A stretch of 63,836 bases of DNA, the filler included, from Octopus bimaculoides (Eukaryota): NCBI RefSeq assembly GCF_001194135.2. It is 7 parts of 6 records of this genome, joined end to end, with 100 filler letters (N's around TTAATTAATTAA, not from the genome) between each part and the next. Parts side by side here need not be neighbours in the genome. Positions count along the whole stretch, not along the records: positions 23,347 to 49,795 come from NC_068996.1; 6 more parts are not named here. The stretch is one strand, 5' to 3'. Below are positions 25,527 through 38,238 of the stretch, one piece after another; the first letter of the stretch is position 1; each line of letters begins with the position of its first letter. The position numbers and the translations under genes were made by a program. The notes beneath the pieces were generated by a model that was not told where the DNA came from, did no database searches, and saw only the letters and a program-made list of their open reading frames with translations.

Positions 25527-25639
25527 TCGACTGTTGATCGACGAAGTGTTTCGGTAGTCTGTATTTGTACACAGTTTATAGAGGTGAAGTAAGCGGTATA
25601 TAGGATGATAGTTTTTAAAATGTTTTTTTTATCATTCCT

Positions 25640-25905
25640 CTTCTGAAGCAGGATGGTATTTGAATGAGAAACAAAAAAGAAGAACATTGGGTTACCGTAG
25701 CAGAAACAAGAAGACTTTAGATTGGGAACAGCGTATTCAGGAAGCAACCACGAAAGAGAAGGCTCTGAATACTCAGTGCAAAAATGAAATTGACTACATC
25801 ATGGTCGATAAATGGCGCATATTGCAGGACATCACAGTAGTAGCGCCATTCAACGCAAGCAATGTTCATCGCTTGCTATGTGTGAAGATTGTAATCAGGT
25901 AAATC
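25640..25905 (+). mobile_element. RTE-clade LINE AP-endonuclease fragment
   Basis: IGNSVFRK...KNEIDYIMVDKWRILQDITVVAPFNASNVHRLL, resembling KNEIDYI...SDHRLL. Confidence 0.7.
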
Positions 25906-26149
25906 AGAGAGAAAAAAGGCTCTGCTCATCTCAAAGAAGCCTTTGATGTGAAGCAGTTTCAGAAAGCTATCAGAAAGAAAATTTTGACTCAACTTGGAGA
26001 GTTCAATGAGGATTGCGATTTGCTGATCCAGCAAATTAAAAGCTGCATATAGAAAGCAAGAACTACAAACCAGCAGGAGCTCGACGGAAGAATTTCGGAG
26101 GTAAAGAAGTAAATACTAGGGAAACAGAGCTGTTATACATTGCTGGTCA

Positions 26150-26740
26150 CAATGCACTTCCAATTCTTTCTAGATTGCACCATTCTTTTCCATCTTGGCC
26201 CAAATCTTTTAACTAAATGAGTTTCCTGTCATCATTGAGACCTTTAAAATGACCTTTTTCCTTTATCTTGGATATCTTTCGGCAGCTGCTCGGGTCCACC
26301 TGTGGTCTGTGAATCTTGCGACATGTCTGACCCAGCGGATCTTGTACTTTCGTCATTCTTCGACTATGTCACTTATTTCGCTCTATTCTTGAATTTTCTT
26401 AATTTGGATATAATCTTGCAATGGTATTCCAAGATCATATCTTTCCGTGACCCTTTGCGTTGGATCCAATCGATGTTTTCCCTCTTTATAGTAACCCACA
26501 TAACACCTGCTTATGGGAACGCAGGTAGGACAGATTTATTGAAGAGTCTAGAATGTATGGTCTTTCCAGCGTTGTTTTGAGTACATTCTTTGAGGTAAAG
26601 GCCTTCAATCCTGCCTTTATTCCCTTCGAGATTTCAGTAGCCATGTTTCAGCATATATTCACTGTATGCTCAAAGTAGACGTACTCCTTTACCTCGTCAA
26701 TTTCATAATTTCCTTCCTCTTCTCGGACTTGTACTATGTT
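26150..26740 (-). mobile_element. RTE-clade LINE RT C-terminal and 3' fragment
   Basis: YEIDEVKEYVYFEHTVN (like VxEYVYLG) and RLFNKSVLPA, then WAGHxAR-like and RW-like remnants. Degenerate. Confidence 0.6.
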
Positions 26741-27138
26741 TTCGGACCGCTGTGTTTTACTGTCATGTTCTTTTAAGAACGTCGAAGGGAGACACGAACA
26801 GCAGGAGAAACGCACCAACAACATGGACACGTTCCCTCTCATCAGTTGTCAAGCCTAAAATCATACAATTTCGACAACTTATCGATCATATTGCTCAATT
26901 TGGTGGTGTCAACAACAAAACATTGCTGGGGTATTAATGAGTGAATATGAAAACCGAATGAGATAAATAGAAGGATGTGGTCTCTAGATCGAACTGTACA
27001 GTAGAAAAGTTATGAGGAGAACGAATAAGCAAAGAAAATAACGAAAAAGACAAGATGTTTGCGAATATAAAGCTAATAGGGAATAATGTGGTCCTTTCGG
27101 ATTTAGCAAAATTGCGTTGAAAAGGAAGATGAAATTTT

Positions 27139-29918
27139 GTATATCAATTTAAAAACACAACCGAAAGAGCTACAAATATTTTCATGCTTTTATGATACTT
27201 GAACAGACATATTTATAAAATATGCCATGTATCTTAGAATAATCATTCAGTCTCTGTTTATGCGTTATATATATTTTAAAAACAAGGATACTGGATAGGA
27301 AGAAAATGAGTAAAAACGTGGAAAAAACGTGAAGAAGGGTGATGCAAAATATAGAACGAGAAAAAAAGAATCGAAATCAAAGAAACTAAGATCCTCGTCC
27401 TTCCTGATTTCAGAAATCTCATTAAATACAACTGGTATAGAACAAAATAACAGAAAATATGTCAAAGTCTGCGAGACAGTTACTTAAACTGGAGCGGGTG
27501 GTGTCCTCGAATTCGATAAAAGAAGCCTGCGCATGTATTTACACCAGCTAAAAATGTAAGATTTTGAATTAAGCAGTGTGCTTGAATTGCTGGATCTAAG
27601 AAAAATATTATATCTTTTTGATATACATAAGATGAATCTCTCAGATCTATTAACATATGGTTCGGATTTCTCCACTATTCTCCACTTAACTGTATGCGGT
27701 GTGGAGCTGATCTTCAAATTCCATACGTGGCTAACCAACTTAGCTTCATTACTTTTATCGATGTGCCGGAAAGATAGGTGGTTTGCATAACGTCTCGCGA
27801 ATTCGCCCTCACATATCCCGATGTAACTCTTTTCAATTGATTTGTCTTGGAGCGTAGCTGTAACTTCAGCCTTGTGATTTCTTTATTGCCCACATGGGGA
27901 CAAACATAGAGGGGTCAATACAAATGTGGGATGGGTCGATATATCGCATGAATGATTTTACATGTAAAGATGACGATTAGATTTAAAATTTTGATTAAAG
28001 CGAATGAAAGACGAACAAATACAAACGCAATGAAGTAGGGGACGAGTTCTGCTTCGAACCCGCAAGACCCGTGCCTCCTACTGTAACCTTTTGATTACCT
28101 TATGGATACATTGTGCAGGTTCATAGTGCTCATCATGCTCGCAACAGCATGCCGTCTTTTCCCATATATATCAGGCGACAGGCATTTTCTCTTCACCCTT
28201 ATTTTCTTCAAGTTGAAAAAAGAAAAAGTTTACCAGCGGAAGACTGGAGATGAAGATGCCTGTGACGATACCTTTCACGTGAGTCTTCCATACAACCTAT
28301 TTCGCTATATCAACCACAGCGAGAAAACAAGCCTTACCTTCTTTGTTAAAAGACGAAGGAGGGACAATCTTTAAAATCGACTCGGAAGACAGTTGTACTT
28401 TTTCCAGCCGTGACAACAGTTGTTCAACGTAAACCCACATTTCTGAAATTTTGGAGCATTGCACAATTGCGCGCAGAACAGTTTCCCTGTCCTGACCGCA
28501 TCTTGGGCACAAGGGGGAACAAGAAGCACCATGCCTTGCTAGTTTATCGTGAACTAGTAAGTCTCTTCGGTAACTTTACCAAGCCAGAGATCCTTGGAAT
28601 GGCCTTCGGAACAGGCCGGCTAGTTGACTGTCGTCGAAGTCCAGAGTTTCCTCCAGGACATCGTCACACTTAGCCTCTATCAATCCTCTATAGAATGACG
28701 AGGTGGAACCTCCGCCGCTGGCGTTACCCGTGTGAGAGAAAAGTGAAAGTGTCTGATGACACTCCGCTTGCCAATTTTGGTCTACACTTGATACATGGTT
28801 CTAGTTCACTAGAACAGGAAAGTGACGATTTAACGAACTGAAACTACACCTGTTCTCATCCAGATAGAGCCACAGATGCCTCAGCCTAAGCGCGTGTCTG
28901 CGCATCAACAACCAAGGCATCCCTAGCCCACCCTTTAGCGAGTGATGGCAGCAGACAGAACGCTTTACAGGAGGAACTTTACCCTTCTACAAGAAACAAA
29001 AGAGCAGCCTCTCCAATTTGATCAGTCACGAAACGGAGCAAAGTACGACAGTTAGGTGGTAGGTAATCACAGATGCTATGAACACATCTGCGACCTCCGC
29101 CCTCCCATTCAGCCCCGTATAGAATGGTGTTTATCACACACGCCTGGTCAAGAGGGCAAGCTTCAAGGTCATGACAATTACAACTGGGAGTGGTTGGTTT
29201 CTTGGTGATTTTTTCAGGTTATGCTCTTCATTTTCAGGCAGCAGCTGTATGTTTTAATTGAGCTTCTGTAAAAATGTTCCTGTATCTATGATTTATTGGA
29301 AAATGCTTATCTAAAGAAGACAGGAATTTCTTGCCTAGAAAGGATGGGTGAACCAAATTTTCTCCCTGGGTCTATGTTTATTTTTTACGATTCATATTGT
29401 TAAAGAGTTATAATATAGTTTATCTTTGAAGCCGCTGTTAGAGCATTGTTATGGTAGGGGGAAGCCTTATCAAATATTTGCTCAGAAGATAGATTTGATA
29501 TCGTATTACTAATGCTAGCTATCACTTTTTAAAGACTATATGTATGAGAGAGCTTCACGTTTGGCTTATGATACGACTTATAAGAGCACGAGTTTAAATC
29601 TGTGGAAATATCTAAAAAGTCAACTTTAGACAGATTAGTAGTAACAGTGATTTTGACACCTAATTGACTAAAGGTATCAATGAGATTCTTTACTAAATAT
29701 ATTAAGAGTGTGACTATCACAGCCATAAGATATTCAGACGTCTACGCTGTCATAAGATCTCATCAATTCGTCTGAATCTGATTTTTTAATCCATGCTAAG
29801 CTCTTACTAAACAGATCGCTTTAAGATACATGGCGTATTTTATAAATATGTATGTTCAAGTATCTTAAAAGCATGAAACTATGAATAGCTCTTTCGGTTG
29901 TGTATTTAAATTTATATT
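27139..29918 (-). mobile_element. 5'-truncated Penelope-like element (RT end plus GIY-YIG) with inverted terminal repeats, split by a Tx1-type LINE
   Basis: LMRSYDSVDV (like MGSYDGAE), KITVTTNLSKVDFLDI...YKSYHKPN, REKIWFTHPF, KFLSSLDKHFP, CNCHDLEACPLDQAC..ILY|KAEVT...SYIGICEGEFARRYANH...LLNSKSYIFSWCK. About 110-bp inverted repeats at 27139-27260 and 29808-29918. Confidence 0.85.
27877..29107 (-). mobile_element. 3' portion of an L1/Tx1-clade LINE inserted in the PLE
   Basis: GRAEVADVFIASVITY...KLERLLF...GGLGMP...ALRLRHL, a zf-RVT-like CPRCGQDRETVLRAIVQC, and a 3' end gggcaataaagaaat. Imperfect target-site duplication ttcagccttgtg (27865-27876) / ttcagccccgta (29108-29119). Confidence 0.85.
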
Positions 29919-30034
29919 TATCTCTCACTGGATGGAGTACTTTTTTTTTTACTTCTACCTTTATTGAATCTGTAAGCTATATATATATCACTCATATACA
30001 CATTCCACAATAAACTCTGGGACCAATAAAAACG

Positions 30035-30076
<42 letters not shown>

Positions 30077-30783
30077 NNNNNNNNNNNNNNNNNNNNNNNN
30101 NNNNNNNNNNNNNNNNNNNNNNNNNNNNNNNNNNNNNNNNNNNNNNNNNNNNNNNNNNNNNNNNNNNNNNNNNNNNNNNNNNNNNNNNNNNNNNNNNNNN
30201 NNNNNNNNNNNNNNNNNNNNNNNNNNNNNNNNNNNNNNNNNNNNNNNNNNNNNNNNNNNNNNNNNNNNNNNNNNNNNNNNNNNNNNNNNNNNNNNNNNNN
30301 NNNNNNNNNNNNNNNNNNNNNNNNNNNNNNNNNNNNNNNNNNNNNNNNNNNNNNNNNNNNNNNNNNNNNNNNNNNNNNNNNNNNNNNNNNNNNNNNNNNN
30401 NNNNNNNNNNNNNNNNNNNNNNNNNNNNNNNNNNNNNNNNNNNNNNNNNNNNNNNNNNNNNNNNNNNNNNNNNNNNNNNNNNNNNNNNNNNNNNNNNNNN
30501 NNNNNNNNNNNNNNNNNNNNNNNNNNNNNNNNNNNNNNNNNNNNNNNNNNNNNNNNNNNNNNNNNNNNNNNNNNNNNNNNNNNNNNNNNNNNNNNNNNNN
30601 NNNNNNNNNNNNNNNNNNNNNNNNNNNNNNNNNNNNNNNNNNNNNNNNNNNNNNNNNNNNNNNNNNNNNNNNNNNNNNNNNNNNNNNNNNNNNNNNNNNN
30701 NNNNNNNNNNNNNNNNNNNNNNNNNNNNNNNNNNNNNNNNNNNNNNNNNNNNNNNNNNNNNNNNNNNNNNNNNNNNNNNNNNN

Positions 30784-30821
<38 letters not shown>

Positions 30822-30823
<2 letters not shown>

Positions 30824-31027
30824 AACACATTAGCTCACTCTTTCCATCAAATCAATGCTGCCTGAATAGGTACGCGATGTATCACACGCCAAGTGTTGAA
30901 GTGATAGCAGAACAACATGAGATGAAGTGTTTTGCTCAAGAACACAACGCACCAACTGGTCTAGGAATTGAAACCACGATCTCGCGATCGTGATTGCAAC
31001 ACCCTAACCACTAGGCTATGCATCCTC
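30822..31027 (-). mobile_element. CORE-like tRNA-derived SINE (family D)
   Basis: Minus strand gcatagcctagtggttagggtg...gtggtttcaattcctagacc...gtgttcttgagcaaaacacttcatctc. Confidence 0.65.
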
Positions 31028-31094
31028 ATATGTGCACGCGCGCATACACACACACATACACACACACACACACATAAATGAGTGTGTCTACATA

Positions 31095-31205
31095 TCAAAT
31101 TCTCACACAAAGTTATAGTAGAAGACACTTGCCCAAGTTGCCTCGCAGTAAGACTGAACCTAGAACCACGTTGTTGGTAAGTGAGCTTGTTAACCTCACA
31201 GCAAT
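31095..31205 (-). mobile_element. SINE family C 5' fragment
   Basis: tatagtagaagacacttgcccaagttgcctcgcagtaagactgaacc. Confidence 0.65.
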
Positions 31206-31320
31206 ATCTGCGACTCGTGTGTGTGTGTCTGTCTGTCTGTCTGCCTATGCTACTGATATAGGAAACAATGATTAACAAATCACTAGTGTTACAAAAAAAC
31301 TGGCAGGCTGGGTGAAAATT

Positions 31321-31998
31321 CGTTATTAGTGACCGAAGCAGTGTTGGTTCAGAATAGCATTTTGTATATCCTACGCAACGTGGATATAATATTGAAAGCA
31401 ACAAAACTGCATTATTCGACTTAGAAAGCATCTCATATAGACGTATCGTGGTAAAAATCACAGTAGTATCAATATCAGATGGAAATTGTCCAGCATCAGA
31501 AATTGAATTGCTAAATCTGGATCAGTAACAGGTATTTACTACCAACTGCATGTTGAGACGAATTTCACATCTACTGGTTCATTATATCTTCGTTAAGTAA
31601 CACATACAAAATGCCGTCGGGTACCAATACTACATCAGTTGCTAATAAGGAATCTTTACCCTGCTCACCTGTTAATTGCAACACCAGTAGTTTGTTAATC
31701 ACATTCTCTCAATATCAGTAGAGACTAAATTTGTCTAAGCATGCGCTTCGTAGTGGGTACTTGCTATTGATGATGTTCAAAGACACAGAAATCCTGATTT
31801 AATAATTCCGCCACCGCTGCTAGACGCTTTTCTTCTGTTACCCGATGCATTTCTATTATTTTTTAGCACTCTACTTCTATAGGAGATGGTTTTTACAAGA
31901 TGAGTACTGCAATTCTGTTGCTTTCTATAGTATACTCACAATAAGTAAGCTATGCAGATTTCTCTTCTCAAACAATACTTCTGTTACTGATAACGAAC
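31321..31998. repeat. Old, diverged inverted repeat of unknown family (about 260-280 bp arms)
   Basis: cgttattagtgaccgaagc...gaaagcaacaaaactgca...gaattgctaaatctggat...ctactgg (31321-31580) aligns with the reverse complement of 31720-31998. Confidence 0.5.
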
Positions 31999-32451
31999 AT
32001 GTGTTGGCGTTAGTGTTGTAGACGTAGAAAGATACAATTATTCTGAGAATAAATAGTTTTAAAAAAAGCGTCTTCCTCATCGAAACAATTTCCAGTTAAG
32101 TCGCCAGGTTAATCTTTACATATTAAATGAAAGGCTCAAAATACGCGCAGGCGTGGTAAGATTTCTGACACTTAACTATACGATTCTGTGTTCAGTCCCA
32201 CTGTGTGACACCTTTGATGTGTGTATTCTACAATACTAGCATACTCGTGTCATCAAAAATGCTGACCATGTTATTAATGATAGAAATGGCGCCGCCTCAA
32301 AACAATGTGAGAAACCATTGATAAATGTCAGCAATCGAGTAATATATGTATATATATATATATATATAGACAAAATTGAAACACCTGAACATTTAGATAC
32401 GGTAGTAACGTCTCAGGTGAAAATATCATCCATGTAATATATATATATGTA

Positions 32452-32941
32452 GGCGCAGGAGTGGCTGTGGTAAGTAGCTTGCTTACCAACCACATGGTTC
32501 CGGGTTCAGTCCCACTGCGTGGCACCTTGAGCAAGTGTCTTCTACTATATCCTCGGGCCGACNNNNNNNNNNTCCCACTGCGTGGCACCTTGAGCAAGTG
32601 TCTTCTACTATATCCTCGGGCCGACCAGAGCCTTGTGAGTGGATTTGGTAGACAGAAACTGAAAGAACCCCGTCGTATATATGTACATATATATTTATAT
32701 ATGTATGTGTGTATGTATATGTTTGTGTGTCTGTGTTTGTCCCCCCAACATCGCTTGACAACCGATGCTGGTGTGTTTACGTCCCCGTAACTTAGCGTTT
32801 CGGCAAAAGAGACCGATAGAATAAGTACTATGCTTACAAAGAATAAGTCCTGAGGTCGATTTGCTCGACTAAAGGCGGTGCTCCAGCATGGCCACAGTCA
32901 AATGACTGAAACAAGCAAAAGAGAAAAATAGTAAAAAGAGT
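32452..32941 (+). mobile_element. Full-length SINE family C (contains a 53-bp assembly duplication across a 10-N gap)
   Basis: Complete head, CORE-like block, microsatellite and 3' module. Confidence 0.9.
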
Positions 32942-33241
32942 ATATATATATGAAATATCCACCTTTCCATGCTGACATGAATCAGACAGATCTTGTATTG
33001 TTCGATGCTATTTCCGTCACCAATGCTCACCTGTTTCCAAGTTAAGTAATATTTCACCACGCTCAAACATTATTACGTGGGATTAGAAACAAAGAACACC
33101 TCGTATGAGAGAGACACTCACTTATAACTGTTGCGTGATGTCAAGGCAAGAAACTAGTAACACACACACACACACATACATTCACGCACAAGCACACATA
33201 CATTCACACACATACACACACATGTATTATGCATATATCAT

Positions 33242-33552
33242 AGGCGTGGCTGTATGGTAAGAAGCTTGCTTCCCAACCACACAGCTCCGAGTTCATTTCC
33301 ACTGCGTGGCACCTTGGGCAAGTGTCTTTTAATATAACTTCGGGCCAACCAAATCCTTGTGAGTGGATTTGGTAGACGGAAACGGAAAGAGGCCTGACGT
33401 ATACATACATACATACATACATACATACATACATACATCCACATACATACATACATGCATACATACATACATACATACATACATACATACATCCATGCAT
33501 ACATACATACATGCATACATACATCCATACATACATACATACATACATACAT
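33242..33552 (+). mobile_element. SINE family C 5' half ending in a long (CATA)n expansion
   Basis: Head and CORE-like block to about 33398, then about 150 bp of (CATA)n. The 3' half is absent. Confidence 0.8.
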
Positions 33553-33976
33553 ATCTAAGTTAAAGGTTAGACAACCATCTAAGGGATAATAAATATCCAA
33601 TATACTACTGGATATATACCGATATATATCCAAATGCCTACTGTTGCAAGGCAATAGTGCAATTGAATAATAGGTGTGAGTGGAGATAAACAAAATTTTA
33701 ACCACAATTTATAAGGCAAGGAAGAAAATGAAGAAGATAATTAATTGACAAAACATCAGCTGACAAGCATCAGCTAGATCTATTTATTAATTGTCGTCAT
33801 ATGAATAAATAAATAAATAAATAAATAAAAATAAATGAGTGAATATAAATCTACTCTTACAGCTTTTTCTAGTTTGGGGTCCAGCATGCCAAAGTTGACA
33901 CATCATACCAAGATTATACAAAAATTGTACAAAAATTGAACCTCAAAGCTTGTACGAGAAGAGTTATATTCATTCA

Positions 33977-34186
33977 TTTAGCACGCCGGGCGAAATGCTT
34001 AGCGGTATTTCATCTGCCTTTACATTCTGAGTTCAAAATCCGCCGAGGTCAACTTTGCCTTTCATCCTTTCGGGGTTGATTAAATAAGTACCAGTTACAC
34101 ACTGGGGTCGATGTAATCGACTTAACCCCTTTATCTGTCACTGTTTGTCCCCTCTATGTTTAGCCTCCTGTTGGCAATAAAGAAAT
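33977..34186 (+). mobile_element. SINE family B, tail type 2
   Basis: Central domain plus tail tttgtcccctctatgtttagcctcctgttggcaataaagaaat. Confidence 0.85.
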
Positions 34187-34888
34187 ATATATATATATAT
34201 ATATAATTTACTATTTATTATTTAATTGAACGCCACGCATCCATTTCCAAGTATATATGTGAATGTGTGTGAATGTTTATCGAGTTGATGATTAGTGTAA
34301 CCATGGTATCGTTCGTAAAAGAAAGTAGCAATTGAAACGATGTGTAAGAGGAATAGAAATAGTTAATTTTAGAGGGGCAAAGTAATTTTGTAGGTATCTG
34401 TCATTACAGTATCGAAATGTGATTGTTTCAGTTTTGATAGTTTTCTTTTTCTCCTTCCTTTCTTTTTGTATTTGTTGTTTGATTTTTCGTAAAGGTTCAT
34501 CACAGGAAGTAGGAGTTGAAAGGATTTTTATTAGAAAGAGGAAATTAGATTTTATTAGGGAGAAAATGTTTACCCCTGTAGTTTTACGGATTTTATTCAT
34601 TATTAGGAAATTTTTGGAGTGAAAAAATGACACAGTGACCTAACTTATTGTATTTAGAATATTAATTGCGATTGTTTAATCGAAGAAATTTTGAATTGAG
34701 TAAATGTATGAATTTTAAACATACACACACACAGAGTAGATTTGCCTTTTATAGTATAGATACATATATAATTAAAACAGTAGGGTAAAAATTTGGATAT
34801 TAATTAATATCAATTTAATACCAGGGAACAAGCACATTAAAAGAATCAAGAAGATTCAGAAAAAATATCTGAGATCTCAATGGATTAT

Positions 34889-35245
34889 TGTATATGTATA
34901 TATAAAGAAGACCACTAGGTGGACTGTTAATGTGCTAGAAGATCACATGTAATGTGTCTACTAAGACCGATTTGTTCTGAAAGGAAATTTAGCGAAGTAA
35001 CAAAAACGTATACGGGTAAGACAAATGAAAATTACATAAATATATACAGTAATCTGCCAACTAGTTTCGAAATGCACTTAACTGTATATATCTATGTAAT
35101 TTTCACTTGTCTTGCCCGTATACGTTTTTGTTACTTCGCTAAATTTCCTTTCAGAACAATTCGGTCTTAGTAGACACATTACATGTGATCTTCTTCTAGC
35201 ACATTAACAGTCCACCTAGTGGTCTCCTTTATATATACATATACA
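34889..35245. repeat. Near-perfect long hairpin (162/165-bp arms, 30-nt spacer) overlapping a hammerhead-like motif
   Basis: 34889-35050 is the reverse complement of 35081-35245, with about five substitutions and one 3-nt indel. Minus strand reads ttgtt-CTGAAAG-gaaat...atttc-GAAA-ctag-TT-ggcag (35159 to 35054). Confidence 0.9.
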
Positions 35246-36174
35246 TGCATACATACATACATACATNNNNNNNNNNNNNNNNNNNNNNNNNNNNNNNNNN
35301 NNNNNNNNNNNNNNNNNNNNNNNNNNNNNNNNNNNNNNNNNNNNNNNNNNNNNNNNNNNNNNNNNNNNNNNNNNNNNNNNNNNNNNNNNNNNNNNNNNNN
35401 NNNNNNNNNNNNNNNNNNNNNNNNNNNNNNNNNNNNNNNNNNNNNNNNNNNNNNNNNNNNNNNNNNNNNNNNNNNNNNNNNNNNNNNNNNNNNNNNNNNN
35501 NNNNNNNNNNNNNNNNNNNNNNNNNNNNNNNNNNNNNNNNNNNNNNNNNNNNNNNNNNNNNNNNNNNNNNNNNNNNNNNNNNNNNNNNNNNNNNNNNNNN
35601 NNNNNNNNNNNNNNNNNNNNNNNNNNNNNNNNNNNNNNNNNNNNNNNNNNNNNNNNNNNNNNNNNNNNNNNNNNNNNNNNNNNNNNNNNNNNNNNNNNNN
35701 NNNNNNNNNNNNNNNNNNNNNNNNNNNNNNNNNNNNNNNNNNNNNNNNNNNNNNNNNNNNNNNNNNNNNNNNNNNNNNNNNNNNNNNNNNNNNNNNNNNN
35801 NNNNNNNNNNNNNNNNNNNNNNNNNNNNNNNNNNNNNNNNNNNNNNNNNNNNNNNNNNNNNNNNNNNNNNNNNNNNNNNNNNNNNNNNNNNNNNNNNNNN
35901 NNNNNNNNNNNNNNNNNNNNNNNNNNNNNNNNNNNNNNNNNNNNNNNNNNNNNNNNNNNNNNNNNNNNNNNNNNNNNNNNNNNNNNNNNNNNNNNNNNNN
36001 NNNGTGTGTGTGTGTTAAATTCAAATTACGATGAACGTAAGCGTTGAGATGTCTTAGAAAGTTACAGAAGTGATTTTGAATTCTCAAACGCAGGATAATG
36101 CTAATAATATAGCCTGAACAGGATAAACTACCCCTATTTTGCAGAAAAAAAGTGTAGGTGGCCAGCGCGCAAGC

Positions 36175-36318
36175 ATGACTGTGCGGTTGCAGTCACGAGG
36201 TATGAGTCCAGCCCTGCTGAGAGACACTTTGGACGGGTGTTTCTACTGTGGCTTGGAAGACAACCAAAACCTTCTGAGTGGATTTCGTTGACGGAAACTG
36301 AAAGAATCTCATCGTGCA

Positions 36319-36363
<45 letters not shown>

Positions 36364-36640
36364 GTGCATGGGTGCTTGCGTGTGTGTATGTGTCTGTGTG
36401 CGTGTGTGCGTGTTTATGTTTACTTGTTTGTGTCCCTGCTTTTGTCTCTTACCATCGTGTGACAACCTAAATTCATTCCTATAACTTAGCGTTTCGGAAA
36501 ACGAGAACGACAGAATAAGCGTCAGACTTAACCAAACTTAAAAACTAAGTACTGGGGTTGCGTCGTTCTCCCAAAACCTTTCAAGAAAGTGTTCCGGCTT
36601 GGCTGCTATCCAATGACTAAATAAAGTAGAAGATAAAAGG
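36175..36640 (+). mobile_element. Old, diverged SINE family C with internal (TG)n
   Basis: gtggatttcgttgacggaaactgaaagaa, then (TG)n, then taacttagcgtttcgg...ccaatgactaa. Confidence 0.6.
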
Positions 36641-36724
36641 AAAAAGAAATGGAAAGTATATTAGTGATTGACCCAGTATTTCAAGCTTCCGGCTACAAGG
36701 TGAGGTAGTTGCAGATATGCTTCG

Positions 36725-36767
<43 letters not shown>

Positions 36768-36973
36768 TGATCGCAGTTGTCAAAGCAGAGATCAGTTAAG
36801 GTAATCGATATATATTTATATTTAATAGATTGTATAGATGTGAATTGATCCTGGGAGTGCTTCGTCCTTTATCGATCTGGTAGCGATGAAAAGCAAAGAT
36901 GACTCTCGGGGGATTTGAATTCAGAAGTTCGGAACATATGAAGGGCTGTAACTAGGGATACAATAAAATAAAG

Positions 36974-37022
<49 letters not shown>

Positions 37023-37179
37023 GAGGTATTTTTTTATATACACAGGATTTAGGTGCGAGCTAGTATTAGTTTCATGCCTCTGAAAGCACTACAGTCGGAC
37101 AAGCTTGTAGAGCGTACAATATCTGATTGGATATATTCACACACACACACACACGTATGTGTGTCGGGTAGGTATTTGA

Positions 37180-37340
37180 TTTAGACTTTGGACTGCAACC
37201 ATGCTGGAGCAAGGCTTTGAATAGCTTAGTCGAACAAATCGATTCCAGTACTTATATATTAAATCTGGACCTTATTCTACCGATCTCTTTTGTCGGATCG
37301 CTAATTCATATGGACGTAAAAAATCACTACTGCTTGTTAA
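37180..37340 (-). mobile_element. SINE family C 3' fragment
   Basis: gactgcaaccatgctggagc...agtcgaacaaatcgattccagtactta. Confidence 0.6.
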
Positions 37341-37389
37341 GACACACACACAAATATATATACATATACACAAGTGGCCAAAACGGGGT

Positions 37390-37720
37390 TGCTCTGAAGG
37401 ATTTCTGGAGTAACATTATTCGACAGGGTGCTCACTACAGAGATCAGGGAGACTCTCTAAATCGAGACACTACAAGAGATCACACCGGAAATGCCTAGGG
37501 ATCCACCCCACCCTCCTCCAAGGAATATTGGGGAAAGGAGATGGAGACAGACAGACAGGAAGACAGGCAGGCAAAGCCATCTGGCGGGACACCTAGGAGT
37601 ACACCAAGCATGATATGGTCGGATAATATCTATAGTCAGTTGAGCATGCTTGGGAATCCAGCCAGAAAGTATAATGTCAATTACTTCTGATAGGACCTTA
37701 TAGAGGAGGTGCCTCACAAG
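37390..37720 (+). mobile_element. Degenerate RTE LINE 3' fragment
   Basis: Remnants like RISGVTLFDRV...EIRETL and TPRSTPSMIWSDNI. Same family as 47880-48385. Confidence 0.55.
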
Positions 37721-37771
37721 AGTAGTGGGCAGAGAACTTGGAGGGATATAATTTGGAGATTTTTTTCTATA

Positions 37772-37937
37772 GGCGCAGGGGGTGGCTGTGTGGTAAATAG
37801 CTTGGTTACCAACCATATGGTTCCGGGTTCAGTCCCACTGCGTGGCACTTTGGGCAAGTGTCTTCTACTATAGCCTCGGGTCGACCAAAGCCTTGTGAGT
37901 GGATTTGGTAGACGGAAACTGAAAAAAGACCGTCGTA

Positions 37938-38020
<83 letters not shown>

Positions 38021-38238
38021 ATATGTTTGTGTGTCTGTGTTTGTCTCCACAACATCGCTTGACAACCGATGCTGGTGTGTTTACGTCCCCGTAAATTAGC
38101 AGTTCAGCAAAAGAGACCGATAGAATAAGTACTAGGCTTACAAGGAATAAGTCCTGGGGTCGATTTGCTCGACTAAAGGTGGTGCTCCAGCATGGCTGCA
38201 GTCAAATGACTGAAACAAGTAAAAGAGAGTAAAGAGTA
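37772..38238 (+). mobile_element. Full-length SINE family C with expanded internal (TA)n
   Basis: Complete structure, with about 70 bp of (TA)n between the CORE-like block and the 3' half. Confidence 0.9.

Noticed and set aside
25640-26740. Twin-priming inversion of one RTE element
   Set aside because: The endonuclease piece lies beyond the 3' end of the minus-strand piece, the wrong side for twin priming. More likely two insertions.
26770-26850. Hammerhead-like ctgatga-gaggga...tccctt-c-gacgtt on the minus strand (similar faint cases at about 6290-6370 and 34265-34350)
   Set aside because: GAAA or the 5' core is broken and stem I is unsupported. Too degenerate to call.
32510-32625. 53-bp tandem duplication inside a SINE
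   Set aside because: Same 10-N overlap artefact.
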